This document shows positions 38,174 to 48,543 of a stretch of DNA of 64,000 nucleotides, in pieces. Below the pieces are notes generated by a model. The model was given only the letters and a program-made list of their open reading frames with translations. It was not told the origin of the DNA and made no database searches. The DNA comes from an archaeon (GTDB lineage Archaea > B1Sed10-29 > WALL01). Made by a program: the position numbers and the translations under genes. The stretch is from contig JBHOSQ010000003.1 of the NCBI GenBank assembly GCA_042584585.1, positions 39,644 through 103,643 of the forward strand, written 5' to 3'. Position 1 is the first letter of the stretch. Each line of letters opens with the position of its first letter.

Positions 38174-39195
38174 AGTTGACGTACGCTGAGAGTGGTGTTG
38201 ATCGGGGCACAAGGGACAAGGCCAAAAGCGTGTTCTCTGCGTTCGAGTCGACGTATTCGCTCTCGAAGTACGGCGCCCCAATCCGGCTTCCGTTCAACAC
38301 TGTTTATCCGGTGGGCGACAAGCTCAACGTTAAGACTTGCGACGGCATCGGGACAAAAGTCATGCTGGCCGAGCTGAGCAAAAAGCACGACACGATTGGC
38401 GTCGACGCGGTCGCGATGGTCACCAATGACGCGATACGCTGTGGGGCGGAGCCGATTGCGCTCACCAACATAATTGACGCGAAGAAGTCTACGCCGGAAC
38501 TGCTTAAGGAAATCCAAAAAGGGTTGCAAACAGGGGCAGAAGAGTCTAATTGCCCGATGGTCGGCGGGGAGACCGCGGACGTTCCCGAACTTATGAGCAC
38601 TCTTTACCACATCAACTGCGACTGTATAGGGGAAGTCGAGAAGAGCAATGTTGTGGACGGCACTGGGTTACAAGAGGGTGACGTTGTTGTCGGGATTCCG
38701 AGCAGCGGCGTGCACAGCAACGGGATTAGTTTAGTGAGAAAGGCACTGTTCAAGGAGTGGGGCGGCAAGTTCGATGCGTTCGACAAGCCAGACGGCTTCG
38801 ACAAGGACTTGGTGTATACGGCACTTGAGCCGACTAAGATTTACGTGAAGACTGTGCTGAAGGCGATTACTGAGTACAATGTCAAGGCCGCGGTGCATAT
38901 CACTGGAGACGCTTACCTGAAGTTTGGCGGGCTGTTCAAGTCCTCGCCGGGGATTGGCTTCAATTTCGACAAGTTCGAGCCGCAGCCGATTTTTGGTTTA
39001 ATCCAGCAGCAGGGCGTCGAGTGGGAAGAAATGTTTAAGACATTCAACATGGGCTGGGGCTTTGCCCTGGTCGTGCCAAAGGAAGAGGCGGATGGGGCCG
39101 CGCAGCTCGTTGGCGGCACGAAAATCGGGGGAGTGACCGGCAAGAAGGGCGAGATAGTTGTCTCGCACAACGGCAACGACATGAGGCTGGTCTAA
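38170..39195 (+). CDS. purM: Phosphoribosylformylglycinamidine cyclo-ligase (AIR synthetase)
   Basis: [32 protein letters not shown] 38170 overlaps the purB stop (ATGA). ATG 38164 is in frame. Confidence 0.9.
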   Translation: MKLTYAESGVDRGTRDKAKSVFSAFESTYSLSKYGAPIRLPFNTVYPVGDKLNVKTCDGIGTKVMLAELSKKHDTIGVDAVAMVTNDAIRCGAEPIALTNIIDAKKSTPELLKEIQKGLQTGAEESNCPMVGGETADVPELMSTLYHINCDCIGEVEKSNVVDGTGLQEGDVVVGIPSSGVHSNGISLVRKALFKEWGGKFDAFDKPDGFDKDLVYTALEPTKIYVKTVLKAITEYNVKAAVHITGDAYLKFGGLFKSSPGIGFNFDKFEPQPIFGLIQQQGVEWEEMFKTFNMGWGFALVVPKEEADGAAQLVGGTKIGGVTGKKGEIVVSHNGNDMRLV

Positions 39196-42080
39196 TGGCG
39201 ACACGAGTGCTGGTTCGTTTCAGGAAAGAGTATCCAGACGACAGGGCGAGCTATGCCGAGAAGAAGATACGGTCTTACCTCGGGCTTGAGGCAAAGGTGG
39301 AGAGGGTTGATGTTTACACTATTGACGGCGAGTGCGACGAAGGCCTGATTAAGTCGCTGTTCGTCGACCCCGTGACGCAGGAAATCGCTGGCGCGAGTGA
39401 ATACGATTCATTGATTGAGGTCGGGTTCCTTCCAGGGGTGAAAGACACGGTGGGCGAGACTTCGGCGAAAGCGCTTGCGGAGCTCGCCGGAAAAGAAATC
39501 GGGGTGGTATACACTTCTGTCCAGTACCGGCTCACAGGGGTGGGCAAGGACGGCGCGAATCGCATTGCGGAAGAGCTGCTGGCCAACCCGATGATACAGC
39601 ACTGGAAGATTTTTAGGCCAGGCGAGGCAGTGGAAATGCCTTTGCCGAAGGTGGAACTCAAACACGTTGGAGAGGCAAAGGCAATTAGCTTGGACTTGGC
39701 GGACGAGGAGCTTGAGAAGCTTAGCGCAGAATGCTCGCTTGCGCTTAGCCTTGCGGACATGAAAACGATTAAGTCCTATTACGACCGGGAAGAAGTCCGC
39801 GCGAAGCGGAAGGAAAACGCCCTGCCCGAAAGCCCGACGGACACGGAACTGGAAATAATCGCGCAGACACAAAGCGAGCACTGCAAGCACAGGATATTCA
39901 ACGGCTTGATAAGCTACAAAGGGGAAAAGATTGACAGCCTGTTCAAGAGCTACATCAAAAAGTCAAGCGAGGAAATCGCGAAGGAAAAGAATTGGATTGT
40001 CTCTATGTTCTGGGACAACGCCGGAGTAGCAAGCTTGAACGATGACTGGAATTACGTCGTGAAGTGCGAGACGCACAACAGCCCGAGCGCGATGGACCCG
40101 TACGGCGGGGCAATCACCGGGATTGTTGGAGTGTACAGGGACCCTATGGGGACGGGGCTCGGCAGCAAGATAATCGCGAGCACTTACGGGTTCTGCACCG
40201 CAAGCCCGTTTTACAACGGCGGGTTGAAGCCACGGATGCCGCCGAAGCGGCTGCTGGACGGCGTTGTGGAAGGCGTGAAGGACGGCGGCAACAAGAGTGG
40301 AATTCCGACTGCGGGCGGCACTGTGTTCTTTGACAACGGGTGGCTCGGGAAGCCATTGGTTTACGTGTCAGCGGTTGGGCTCATGCCGAAAGTGGTTGCG
40401 GGCAGGAAGTCGCACGAAAAGCACATTGACGGGGGCGACCGTGTGGTAATGGCCGGCGGCCGTGTTGGCAAGGACGGGATACACGGCGCGACCGAGAGCA
40501 GCCTTGAGGGCGGGTCATGGATTACCGCGGGGCACGTTCAGATTGGTGATCCCTTTACCCAAAAGAAGGTCCAGGACTTTATTCTTGAGGCGAGGGACGA
40601 GGGATTGTATAATGCTATAACCGACATGGGCGCGGGAGGGATTTCTTCTGCTGCCGGCGAGAGCGCACTCATGAGCAACGGGTGCACGCTTGAGCTTGAC
40701 AACATTCCGCTCAAGTACGAGGGTATGGAGCCATGGGAGATGATGGTTTCGGAGTCACAGGAGCGGATGCTTCTCGCGGTTCCGGAGAAGAACATGGCGC
40801 GCATGCGAGAGCTCGCCGAAAAGCACGACGCCGAAATTACTGACATCGGCGTGTTCGAGGGCACTGGGTACTTCACCGCGAACTACCACGGGAAAAAAGT
40901 GTGCTTCTTGGAAATGGATTTCCTGCACTCCGGGTTTCCCAAGCTTGAGCTTGAGGCAGAGTGGGCGCCGAAAGAGTGGGAGGAGCCGCAGCTGCCGGGG
41001 GAGGACCACGGGAAGCTGTTGCATGAGATGGTCGCGCGGGAAAACATCGCGAGCAAGGAGTGGGTGCAGCGGCAGTACGACCACGAGGTGCAGGGCGGCA
41101 GCGTGATAAAGCCGTTCATCGGCGCGAAGAACGACGGTGCGGGAGATGCTTCGGTGGTTAAGCCCGTGCTCGACCGGAAGGAAGGCCTGGCAATCGGGGC
41201 CGGGTTCAACCCAAAGTACAGCCAAATTGACGCCTACCACATGGCGGCGATGGCATTGGACGAGGCATTGCGCCGCGTGATTTCGGTTGGGGCGACGCTG
41301 GAACAGGTTGCGCTCAACGACAACTTCTGCTGGCCGAACTCAGTGTACAGCGAAAAAAACCCGGGCGGCAAGCATAAGCTTGCGCAACTGGTGCGGGCGA
41401 ACAAGGCGCTGTACGAATACACTACTTACTTCGGGACGCCGTGCATCTCCGGCAAGGACAGCATGTTCATTGACGGGACCGCCACCGATGAAGGCGGAAA
41501 GGAGCACAAGGTCAGCGGCCTTGAGGCGCTGATGTTCAGCGCGGTCGCGAAGGTAAATGACGTCGGGAAGTGCGTTTCGATGGACTTCAAGGACGCCGGG
41601 GACTATGTCTACATTGTTGGGGATACCAACGCGGAGATGGGGGCAAGTGAGTATTACGAGGCGCGGGGCGCGGTTGGGAACTCCGTGCCCAAGGTAGACA
41701 AGAAAAAGGCGAAAGCGATTTACGGGAGCGCCGAAAAAGCGATTGCCGCAGGGCTCGTGAAGTCGTGCCACGGGTGCTACCGCGGCGGGCTAGGTGTCGC
41801 GCTCGCGATGTGCTGCATTGCGGGGGACACTGGCGCGGAAATCGGGCTGGAGCTGCCGGGCGATGCAAAGAGTGATGTTGAGAAGTTGTATTCAGAGAGT
41901 GGCAGCCGGTTTGTTGTTTCGGTCGCGCCGGACAAGGCGGGGGAGTTTGAGGCGGCTGTGCCGGGCGCGAAGAAAATTGGTGTGGTCGGCGGGGGCTCGC
42001 TGAAGATTGGGGGCGTGCTTGACGAGGCGGTCGGGGCGCTGCGCGAGAGCTGGCAAAATACGTTCAGGGGGTTCTGGTGA
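39195..42080 (+). CDS. purL: FGAM synthase II (PurL) with about 165-aa N-terminal tandem PurS-like extension
   Basis: Core motifs: SEHCKHRIF, ETHNSPSA, GDPF. The N-terminal residues include ...LFVDPVTQE and ...GFLPGVKDTVGETSAKAL...ELLANPMIQHWKI, which resemble two PurS units. Confidence 0.9.
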   Translation: MATRVLVRFRKEYPDDRASYAEKKIRSYLGLEAKVERVDVYTIDGECDEGLIKSLFVDPVTQEIAGASEYDSLIEVGFLPGVKDTVGETSAKALAELAGKEIGVVYTSVQYRLTGVGKDGANRIAEELLANPMIQHWKIFRPGEAVEMPLPKVELKHVGEAKAISLDLADEELEKLSAECSLALSLADMKTIKSYYDREEVRAKRKENALPESPTDTELEIIAQTQSEHCKHRIFNGLISYKGEKIDSLFKSYIKKSSEEIAKEKNWIVSMFWDNAGVASLNDDWNYVVKCETHNSPSAMDPYGGAITGIVGVYRDPMGTGLGSKIIASTYGFCTASPFYNGGLKPRMPPKRLLDGVVEGVKDGGNKSGIPTAGGTVFFDNGWLGKPLVYVSAVGLMPKVVAGRKSHEKHIDGGDRVVMAGGRVGKDGIHGATESSLEGGSWITAGHVQIGDPFTQKKVQDFILEARDEGLYNAITDMGAGGISSAAGESALMSNGCTLELDNIPLKYEGMEPWEMMVSESQERMLLAVPEKNMARMRELAEKHDAEITDIGVFEGTGYFTANYHGKKVCFLEMDFLHSGFPKLELEAEWAPKEWEEPQLPGEDHGKLLHEMVARENIASKEWVQRQYDHEVQGGSVIKPFIGAKNDGAGDASVVKPVLDRKEGLAIGAGFNPKYSQIDAYHMAAMALDEALRRVISVGATLEQVALNDNFCWPNSVYSEKNPGGKHKLAQLVRANKALYEYTTYFGTPCISGKDSMFIDGTATDEGGKEHKVSGLEALMFSAVAKVNDVGKCVSMDFKDAGDYVYIVGDTNAEMGASEYYEARGAVGNSVPKVDKKKAKAIYGSAEKAIAAGLVKSCHGCYRGGLGVALAMCCIAGDTGAEIGLELPGDAKSDVEKLYSESGSRFVVSVAPDKAGEFEAAVPGAKKIGVVGGGSLKIGGVLDEAVGALRESWQNTFRGFW

Positions 42081-42805
42081 TGGTCAGAGCCATTGTTGTT
42101 ACTGGCTACGGGATTAACTGCGAGTACGAGACAGCGCACGCTTTTGAATTGGCCGGCGCTGAGGCCGAGAAGGTCCACATCAACAGGCTTGGCAGCCTGG
42201 ATGACTACCAGATTCTTGCGGTGCCGGGTGGGTTTTCGTTCGGAGACGACATTTCGGCCGGAAAAATGCTGGCGCAGAAGCTTAAGATGGCCGCAGAGAA
42301 AGAGATTGAAAAGTTCATCGCGGACGGAAAGCTGGTGATTGGAATTTGTAACGGGTTCCAGGCGCTTGTGAAGTACGCGCTTTTGCCGGAAGTTGGGGAG
42401 CAGTCGCTGACGCTTACGTTCAACGAGTCGGGGCGGTTCGAGGACAGGTGGGTCCCACTGAAGCCGGAGGGCGAGTGCGTGTGGACTAAAGGGATTGAAG
42501 AATTGTATTTGCCTGTGCGGCACGGCGAGGGAAAGCTCGTGGCGCCGAAGGAAGTTATTGACTCGCTTGAGGCCAAGGGGCTGGTCGCGCTGAGGTATGG
42601 GCATGGCTATCCCGACAACCCGAACGGGTCGACGAATGATATTGCTGGGATTTGCGACGCGAGTGGCAGGGTGTTTGGCTTGATGCCGCATCCAGAAGGG
42701 CATTTGTACAGGACGAACCACCCACGATGGACGCGTGGGGAACAGTCGACGCTGGGGCTCGAAGTGTTCAAGAACGCGGTGAAGTATGCGGAGGCGAAGC
42801 TGTGA
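42080..42805 (+). CDS. purQ: FGAM synthase glutaminase subunit
   Basis: VPGGFSFGDD, ICNGFQAL (nucleophile Cys), MPHPE. The track start GTG 42077 is in frame. Confidence 0.9.
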   Translation: MVRAIVVTGYGINCEYETAHAFELAGAEAEKVHINRLGSLDDYQILAVPGGFSFGDDISAGKMLAQKLKMAAEKEIEKFIADGKLVIGICNGFQALVKYALLPEVGEQSLTLTFNESGRFEDRWVPLKPEGECVWTKGIEELYLPVRHGEGKLVAPKEVIDSLEAKGLVALRYGHGYPDNPNGSTNDIAGICDASGRVFGLMPHPEGHLYRTNHPRWTRGEQSTLGLEVFKNAVKYAEAKL

Positions 42806-43653
42806 TTGTAACGAAGACCGAACTGCCGTACCCGAAGAAGGAGGGAAAAGTGCGGGACGTTTATGACCTCGGCGACAGGATGCTGATTGTCGCGACGGAC
42901 CGGGTGTCTGCGTTTGATGTTGTTTTCAGCGAGGGCATTCCCGACAAGGGAAAGGTATTGACCGGGGTTTCTGATTATTGGTTTAAGCGGATGACTGGCA
43001 TCACCAAGAACGCGAACATCGCGGAATGGCCCGAGGAATTGAAAAAACCGGAGCTTGAGGGCAGGGCAGTGCTGCAGAAGAAGGCCGAGGTCTTGCCCTT
43101 GGAATTCATTGTGCGCGGGTACCTAGTGGGGTCGGCGTGGAGGAGCTACCAAAAGGACGGCCGGGTGCACGGTGTCGAGCTTCCTGCTGGCCTAAAGGAG
43201 AACCACCGGTTTGACGAGCCAATGTTCACGCCGTCGACAAAGGCTGAAGTGGGGCACGACGAGAACATCACGATTGCACAGGCGCGCGAAATCAGTGAAT
43301 ACACTGACGAGGTCATGGAAAAGTCGCTTAGGATTTACGAAGAGGCTTACAAGCACGCGGAAGGCAAGGGGATAATCATTTGTGACACGAAGTTCGAGTT
43401 CGGGCTGGTGGACGGTGAGGTTGTGCTGGTTGACGAGCTGTTGACGCCTGACTCGTCGCGGTTTTGGTACAAGGGCAGCTATGAGTCCGGGGAACCGAAG
43501 TCGATGGACAAGGAATACCTGCGGAAGTATTTGCTTGGCTTGGACTGGGACCGGAAGCCGCCGGCGCCCGCGTTGCCTGAAGAGGTTGTCAACGAGTTAA
43601 GCAAGCGCTACACGGATATTTACGAAGCAATTACGGGTGAGAAAATTGTTTAA
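42802..43653 (+). CDS. purC: SAICAR synthetase
   Basis: I chose GTG at 42802 (GTGA overlap with the purQ stop), giving (M)IVTKTELPYPKKEGKVRDVYDLGDRMLIVATDRVSAFD. Also LTPDSSRFW. Confidence 0.85.
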   Translation: MIVTKTELPYPKKEGKVRDVYDLGDRMLIVATDRVSAFDVVFSEGIPDKGKVLTGVSDYWFKRMTGITKNANIAEWPEELKKPELEGRAVLQKKAEVLPLEFIVRGYLVGSAWRSYQKDGRVHGVELPAGLKENHRFDEPMFTPSTKAEVGHDENITIAQAREISEYTDEVMEKSLRIYEEAYKHAEGKGIIICDTKFEFGLVDGEVVLVDELLTPDSSRFWYKGSYESGEPKSMDKEYLRKYLLGLDWDRKPPAPALPEEVVNELSKRYTDIYEAITGEKIV

Positions 43654-44599
43654 CGCCAATAAGTTTATTGAAGAGCAAACCACGTGGATGAAGAGCGAGC
43701 TCGCGGGCGAGGCCGTGATAGCCACTTCCGGGGGGGTTGACTCTACTGTTGCCGCTGTGATTGCGCACAAGGCGCTCGGAAAAAAGCTGCACTGCATTTA
43801 CGTGAACACTGGCTACATGCGGAAGGGCGAGTCAGAGCAGGTGAAGGAATTATTCGGTGCATTGGGCATTGATGTAGAGGTCATTGACGCGAGCCAGCGT
43901 TTTTACGGCGCGCTTAAGGGCGTTACAGAGCCAGAGGAAAAGCGGAAGATAATCGGTGAGACGTTCATTCGTGTTTTTGAGGACCGTGCGAAGGAAACCG
44001 GCGCGACTTTCCTGGTGCAGGGCACAATCGCACCGGATTGGATTGAGAGCGGGTCCGGGATCAGGGACAACATCAAAAGCCACCACAATGTCGGCGGGTT
44101 GCCCGAGAAGCATGGGTTCAAGCTTGTCGAGCCGCTGAGGGACTTGTACAAGGACGAGGTGCGCAAGGTGGGCGAGGCTCTTGGCATTCCAAAAGACACT
44201 TACAACCGGCAGCCGTTCCCAGGGCCTGGGCTTGCAGTAAGGATTATGGGCGAGGCGACTCCGGAGAGGACGAAGATCCTCCAGGAGGCAGTGCATATCG
44301 CTGAAGAAGAGATTGAGCAGGCGGCTGCGAAGGGTGAGTGTGAGATTCCGTGGCAGTACTTTGCCGTTCTCTTGCCGACGAAAACTGTTGGCGTGCTGGG
44401 GGACAAGCGGGCGTATGGGTATACTATTGGCGTGCGTGCGGTGCAGAGCATTGACGGCATGACCGCGAAGTATTCCGAGCTTCCGCACAGCGTGCTGGGG
44501 AGGATTTCGAACAGGATTACGCGCGAGCTGAAGGATGATGTTAACAGGGTGGTGTACGACATTACGTCGAAGCCGCCTGGGACAATTGAGTGGGAATAA
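43637..44599 (+). CDS. guaA: GMP synthase subunit B (ATP pyrophosphatase, PP-loop)
   Basis: SGGVDSTV PP-loop; QGTIAPDWIES; C-terminal KPPGTIEWE. Confidence 0.9.
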   Translation: MRKLFNANKFIEEQTTWMKSELAGEAVIATSGGVDSTVAAVIAHKALGKKLHCIYVNTGYMRKGESEQVKELFGALGIDVEVIDASQRFYGALKGVTEPEEKRKIIGETFIRVFEDRAKETGATFLVQGTIAPDWIESGSGIRDNIKSHHNVGGLPEKHGFKLVEPLRDLYKDEVRKVGEALGIPKDTYNRQPFPGPGLAVRIMGEATPERTKILQEAVHIAEEEIEQAAAKGECEIPWQYFAVLLPTKTVGVLGDKRAYGYTIGVRAVQSIDGMTAKYSELPHSVLGRISNRITRELKDDVNRVVYDITSKPPGTIEWE

Positions 44600-45160
44600 A
44601 TGAAGATACTTGTCGTGAACTTCGGGTCACAGTGGACGCACCGGATTTGGCGGCGGCTCAGGGACATGGGCTGCGAGACCGAGATAGTTGACGTCAGCAC
44701 CCCGGTTGAAGAGATGAAGTGCGACGGCGTGATTCTGTCTGGCGGAGCGATGAGCATTGGCTCTGGCGGCGAGGAAGACGTCGGGCACGCGCACGAGTAT
44801 TTAGACAAGCTGAACGTGCCGATCCTTGGGATTTGCGCGGGCCAGCAGTTTATTGCACTGCACTTTGGCGGCAAGGCCGAGCCTGCCGAGCACCCCGAGT
44901 ACGGGGAAGTCGAAATAATTGTTGAAGAAGAAAACGACTTGTTTAAGGGGGTGCCCAAGCGGTTCAAGGCGTGGGCGTCGCACAACGACGAGATTACAGA
45001 GTGCCCGGGGTTCAAGATCCTCGCCCGGTCGACTAAGGGCGTGAACCACGCGATGAAGCACGAGAAAAAGCCGATTTACGGGACGCTGTTTCACCCTGAA
45101 GTGGAGCACACGGAGCATGGCGAGGAAATCCTCGGAAACTTCGTTAAAGTGTGCAAATAA
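44600..45160 (+). CDS. guaA: GMP synthase subunit A (class I glutamine amidotransferase)
   Basis: GICAGQQF nucleophile elbow; FHPEVEHT. Confidence 0.9.
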   Translation: MKILVVNFGSQWTHRIWRRLRDMGCETEIVDVSTPVEEMKCDGVILSGGAMSIGSGGEEDVGHAHEYLDKLNVPILGICAGQQFIALHFGGKAEPAEHPEYGEVEIIVEEENDLFKGVPKRFKAWASHNDEITECPGFKILARSTKGVNHAMKHEKKPIYGTLFHPEVEHTEHGEEILGNFVKVCK

Positions 45161-45198
45161 GTGAAAAGAATATATATACGTACTTTCACAGCTATTAC

Positions 45199-46606
45199 AT
45201 GGGGTTCAAAGAAAAACTTGAGACGGCGAAGGAATCCTTCGCTTTTGACGACTTTTTGCTGGTTCCTAACTATACCACTGTAAATCCGGCTGAGGCTGTG
45301 ACTTCAACCAAAATAGCGGGAATTGAGCTGGCCACCCCCATAATGAGTGCCGCAATGGACACTGTGACCGAGTCAGACATGGCGATTGAGCTGGCCAGGC
45401 ACGGCGGCATCGGGGTCATCCACCGCAACCTAGGCATCGATGAGCAGGTCGCGGAAGTCACGAAGGTCAAGCGCGCCGAATCAGTCGTAATCCGGGACGT
45501 ACAGACCATCCCCTCGTCAATCATGCTCAAGGATATCCTGGCGCTCACAAAAGAGCTTTCGTTTTCTACTTTTCCTGTCATAGACAAGGGAAAGCTCGTC
45601 GGCATTGTGAGCAGCAGGGACATACAGTTCGAGACCGACAACAAGAAAAAAGCGTCGGAAATCATGACAAAAAAACCCGATTACTGTTAAGGAAGGGACT
45701 TCAGTCACGGAAGTCATGAAAGTCCTCCACAAGAACAAAATTGAAAAAGTCCCCGTGATGAAGGGCGGGAAGCTCGTCGGCATCATAACGGTCCGGGACA
45801 TCCTTTCGCGGAAGGAATACCCACAAGCGACGAGGGACAAGAAGGGTAGGCTCATGGTCGGGGCCGCAACAGGCCTGGACATGAAGCGCGTCGAGGCGCT
45901 TGTTGAGGCCGAAGCGGACCTGATAGTCATTGACACCGCGCACGGGCACAACACTGCGGTCGTGAAGTTCACGAAGGACGTCAAGAAAGAGTTCGACTGC
46001 AAGGTGTGCGCCGGAAACATTTCCACTCCAGAAGCGGCGAAGGACTTGATTGCCGCTGGCGCCGACTGCCTGAAGGTTGGCGTGGGCCCGGGCTCGATTT
46101 GCACCACCCGCGTTGTGGCGGGAGTCGGGGTCGCGCAGCTTACCGCAATTGCGACTGTTGCCGACGTGGCCGGAAAAACAAGCGTCATTGCGGACGGTGG
46201 GATACGAAACTCGGCTGACGTGGCGAAAGCGATTGCCGTTGGGGCGAACGCCGTCATGGTCGGCAACATGCTGGCCGGGACTGACGAGGCGCCTGGCGAA
46301 GTTGTGGTCAGGGGCAACAAAAAGTACAAGCGCTACCGCGGAATGGGCTCCAAAAAGGCGGTCGCGGACAGGTATTTCCAGGAGCAGTCAAAATTCACCC
46401 CTGAAGGCGTTGAGGGGCTTGTCCCGTACAAGGGGCACGTCAGCGACATACTCGACTCGCTGGTCGGGGGCCTAAGGTCGTCGATGGGCTACACCGGCGC
46501 GAAGAATCTGGAAGAGATGCGCAAGAAGGCGAAGATGGTCAAGATTACTTCAGCCGGCGCGGTCGAGAGCGCGCCCCACGACCTCGAGTACGTGGAGGAA
46601 AGCTGA
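45199..46606 (+). pseudogene. guaB: IMP dehydrogenase reading frame split by a 1-nt frameshift in an A7 run (45669-45675), inside the CBS subdomain; may be a sequencing error
   Basis: Fragment 1 (45199-45690) reads MGFKEKLETAKESFAFDDFLLVPN...GIGVIHRN...EIMTKKPDYC*. The +1 frame continues as (P)ITVKEGTSVTEVMKVLHKNKIEKVPV...GPGSICTTR (catalytic Cys)...GGIRNSADV...YRGMGS, to 46606. Removing one A gives IMTKNPITVKEG. Confidence 0.8.
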
Positions 46607-48124
46607 ATGAAGGCGCTGCTCAGCGTTTCTGACAAGACAGGAATAACTGATTTTGCCAAGGGCCTTGTTGCACAGGGCTACGAGATTCTTTCGACTGGTG
46701 GGACCGCTAAGGCATTGAGGGATGCGGGCATCAAGGTAACTGACGTTTCTGACTACACCGGCTTCCCGGAAATAATGGACGGGCGAGTCAAGACACTGCA
46801 CCCCCGGGTCCATGGTGGACTGCTTGCGTTGCGTGGTAACGCAGAACACGAGAAGCAGATGAAGGAAAATGGGATTGATGCGATTGACTTGGTCGCGGTA
46901 AACTTGTACCCATTCGAGGAAACGGTGAAGAAGGGCGGCAAGCTTGGGGAAATTATTGAAAACATTGACATTGGCGGGCCTTCGATGCTTAGGAGCGCGG
47001 CCAAGAATTACGAGAGTGTTGTTGTGGTTTGCAACCCGGAAAACTACGCGAGTGTTTTGGAAGAGATAAAGGCGGGCGGCGTTTCCGCTGAAACCAAAAA
47101 GAAGCTTGCTGTCGATGCGTTCACGCACACTGCCAGGTACGACACGATTATTTCCAATTGCTTGAATGACGACTCCCTGCCACAAACACTTAACTTGACT
47201 TACGAGAAAGCGCAGGGCCTACGGTACGGCGAAAACCCGCACCAGAAGGCCGTTTTCTACAGGGAACCGTTTGCGTCTGGAGCGAGTATTTCTACCGCGA
47301 AGCAACTGCACGGCAAGGAGCTGTCGTTCAACAATATTTATGACTTGAATTCCGCGCTTGAATTGGTGAAGGAGTTTGAGGAGACTGCGGTTGTTATTTT
47401 GAAGCACAACAACCCGTGTGGTGTCGGGGTCGGGGACAAGCAGGGCGGCGCGTACAAAAAAGCAATGGCGTGCGACCCGGTTTCTGCGTTCGGCGGGATA
47501 GTTGCGGTGAACACGCCGGTTGAAGTTGAGACTGCTCAAGAAATCGTGAAGACGTTTATTGAGTGCGTTATTGCTCCAAGTTATAACGAAGACGCGCTTG
47601 CAGTGTTAAAGGGGAAAAAGAACATTCGGTTGATGGAAACCGGGAAATTCACGAAAGGCGCCAAAGACGTTAACATGAAAAAAGTTGTTGGTGGAATGCT
47701 TGTTCAGGATCGTGACAACTCATTGTTCGCGGAACTGAAGGTTGTGACGAAGCGCAAGCCGACCGACGAAGAGATGCGGGCCCTGGAGTTCGCGATGAAG
47801 GTTTGCAAGCACGTGAAGAGCAACGCGATTATTTACGCACTTGCCGACAGGACGGTTGGGATTGGCGCGGGGCAGATGAGCCGTGTTGACTCGGCTGTGG
47901 TCGGTGTTATGAAAGCCGAGAAGGCGGGACTGGACACGAAGGGCTCGGTACTGGCGAGCGACGCGTTTTTCCCGTTCAGGGACGCGGTGGATGCCGCGGC
48001 AGAGGCAGGTGTTACGGCGGTAATTCAGCCGGGGGGTTCCATAAGGGACCAAGAGGTTATTGACGCTTGCGACGGGCACGGGATTGCCATGGTTTTCACT
48101 GGGATGAGGCATTTTAACCACTAA
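46607..48124 (+). CDS. purH: Bifunctional AICAR transformylase / IMP cyclohydrolase
   Basis: [45 protein letters not shown]-terminal GMRHFNH. Confidence 0.9.
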   Translation: MKALLSVSDKTGITDFAKGLVAQGYEILSTGGTAKALRDAGIKVTDVSDYTGFPEIMDGRVKTLHPRVHGGLLALRGNAEHEKQMKENGIDAIDLVAVNLYPFEETVKKGGKLGEIIENIDIGGPSMLRSAAKNYESVVVVCNPENYASVLEEIKAGGVSAETKKKLAVDAFTHTARYDTIISNCLNDDSLPQTLNLTYEKAQGLRYGENPHQKAVFYREPFASGASISTAKQLHGKELSFNNIYDLNSALELVKEFEETAVVILKHNNPCGVGVGDKQGGAYKKAMACDPVSAFGGIVAVNTPVEVETAQEIVKTFIECVIAPSYNEDALAVLKGKKNIRLMETGKFTKGAKDVNMKKVVGGMLVQDRDNSLFAELKVVTKRKPTDEEMRALEFAMKVCKHVKSNAIIYALADRTVGIGAGQMSRVDSAVVGVMKAEKAGLDTKGSVLASDAFFPFRDAVDAAAEAGVTAVIQPGGSIRDQEVIDACDGHGIAMVFTGMRHFNH

Positions 48125-48230
48125 TTTTTGGCCATAAAAAGCGGTTATAAACGTCATCTGACGGTAAAATGAAAGCTTTTTAAGGGAGTAGAAACAGAAA
48201 TAAAGCCCAATTCTTAGGTAGGGACAGCCA

Positions 48231-48539
48231 ATGCAGGATATAAAGCAGCTAATCAAACTTGAGGACGGCCAAGAGGCCAAACTCGAGAAAAAGCGCCTTG
48301 AGCTGGAGGGAAACCTAGCCAAGGAAGTCGAGAATGCCAAGGCTGCCGTCGAAAAGACCAAGGCCGCTATTGAGGGAGAAGAGAAAAAAGCGGCGCAAAA
48401 GGGCCAGGCTGATGGCGTCACGGCTGCTAAGCAGGTAAAGCAGGACTATAAGAAGAAAATGTCTGCCATCAAGGCAGCTTACACGAAAAACAAGAAATCA
48501 GCGGTTGACAAAGCAATTAAGGCCGTAATACAAGGGTGA
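48231..48539 (+). CDS. atpH: A-type ATPase subunit H (small K/E/A-rich coiled coil)
   Basis: 102 aa. Called from its first position in the operon and its composition. Confidence 0.55.
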   Translation: MQDIKQLIKLEDGQEAKLEKKRLELEGNLAKEVENAKAAVEKTKAAIEGEEKKAAQKGQADGVTAAKQVKQDYKKKMSAIKAAYTKNKKSAVDKAIKAVIQG

Positions 48540-48543
48540 TTTA

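Noticed and set aside
36932-38281. 449-aa minus-strand ORF
   Set aside because: It is antisense to purB and purM. It is R/H/L/P-rich with no motifs.
41777-42721. 314-aa minus-strand ORF
   Set aside because: It is antisense to purL and purQ and is a shadow ORF.
43637-45160. GMP synthase encoded as two genes (ATP-PPase then GATase)
   Set aside because: A split GuaA is the usual archaeal arrangement to my knowledge, so it is not treated as a finding.
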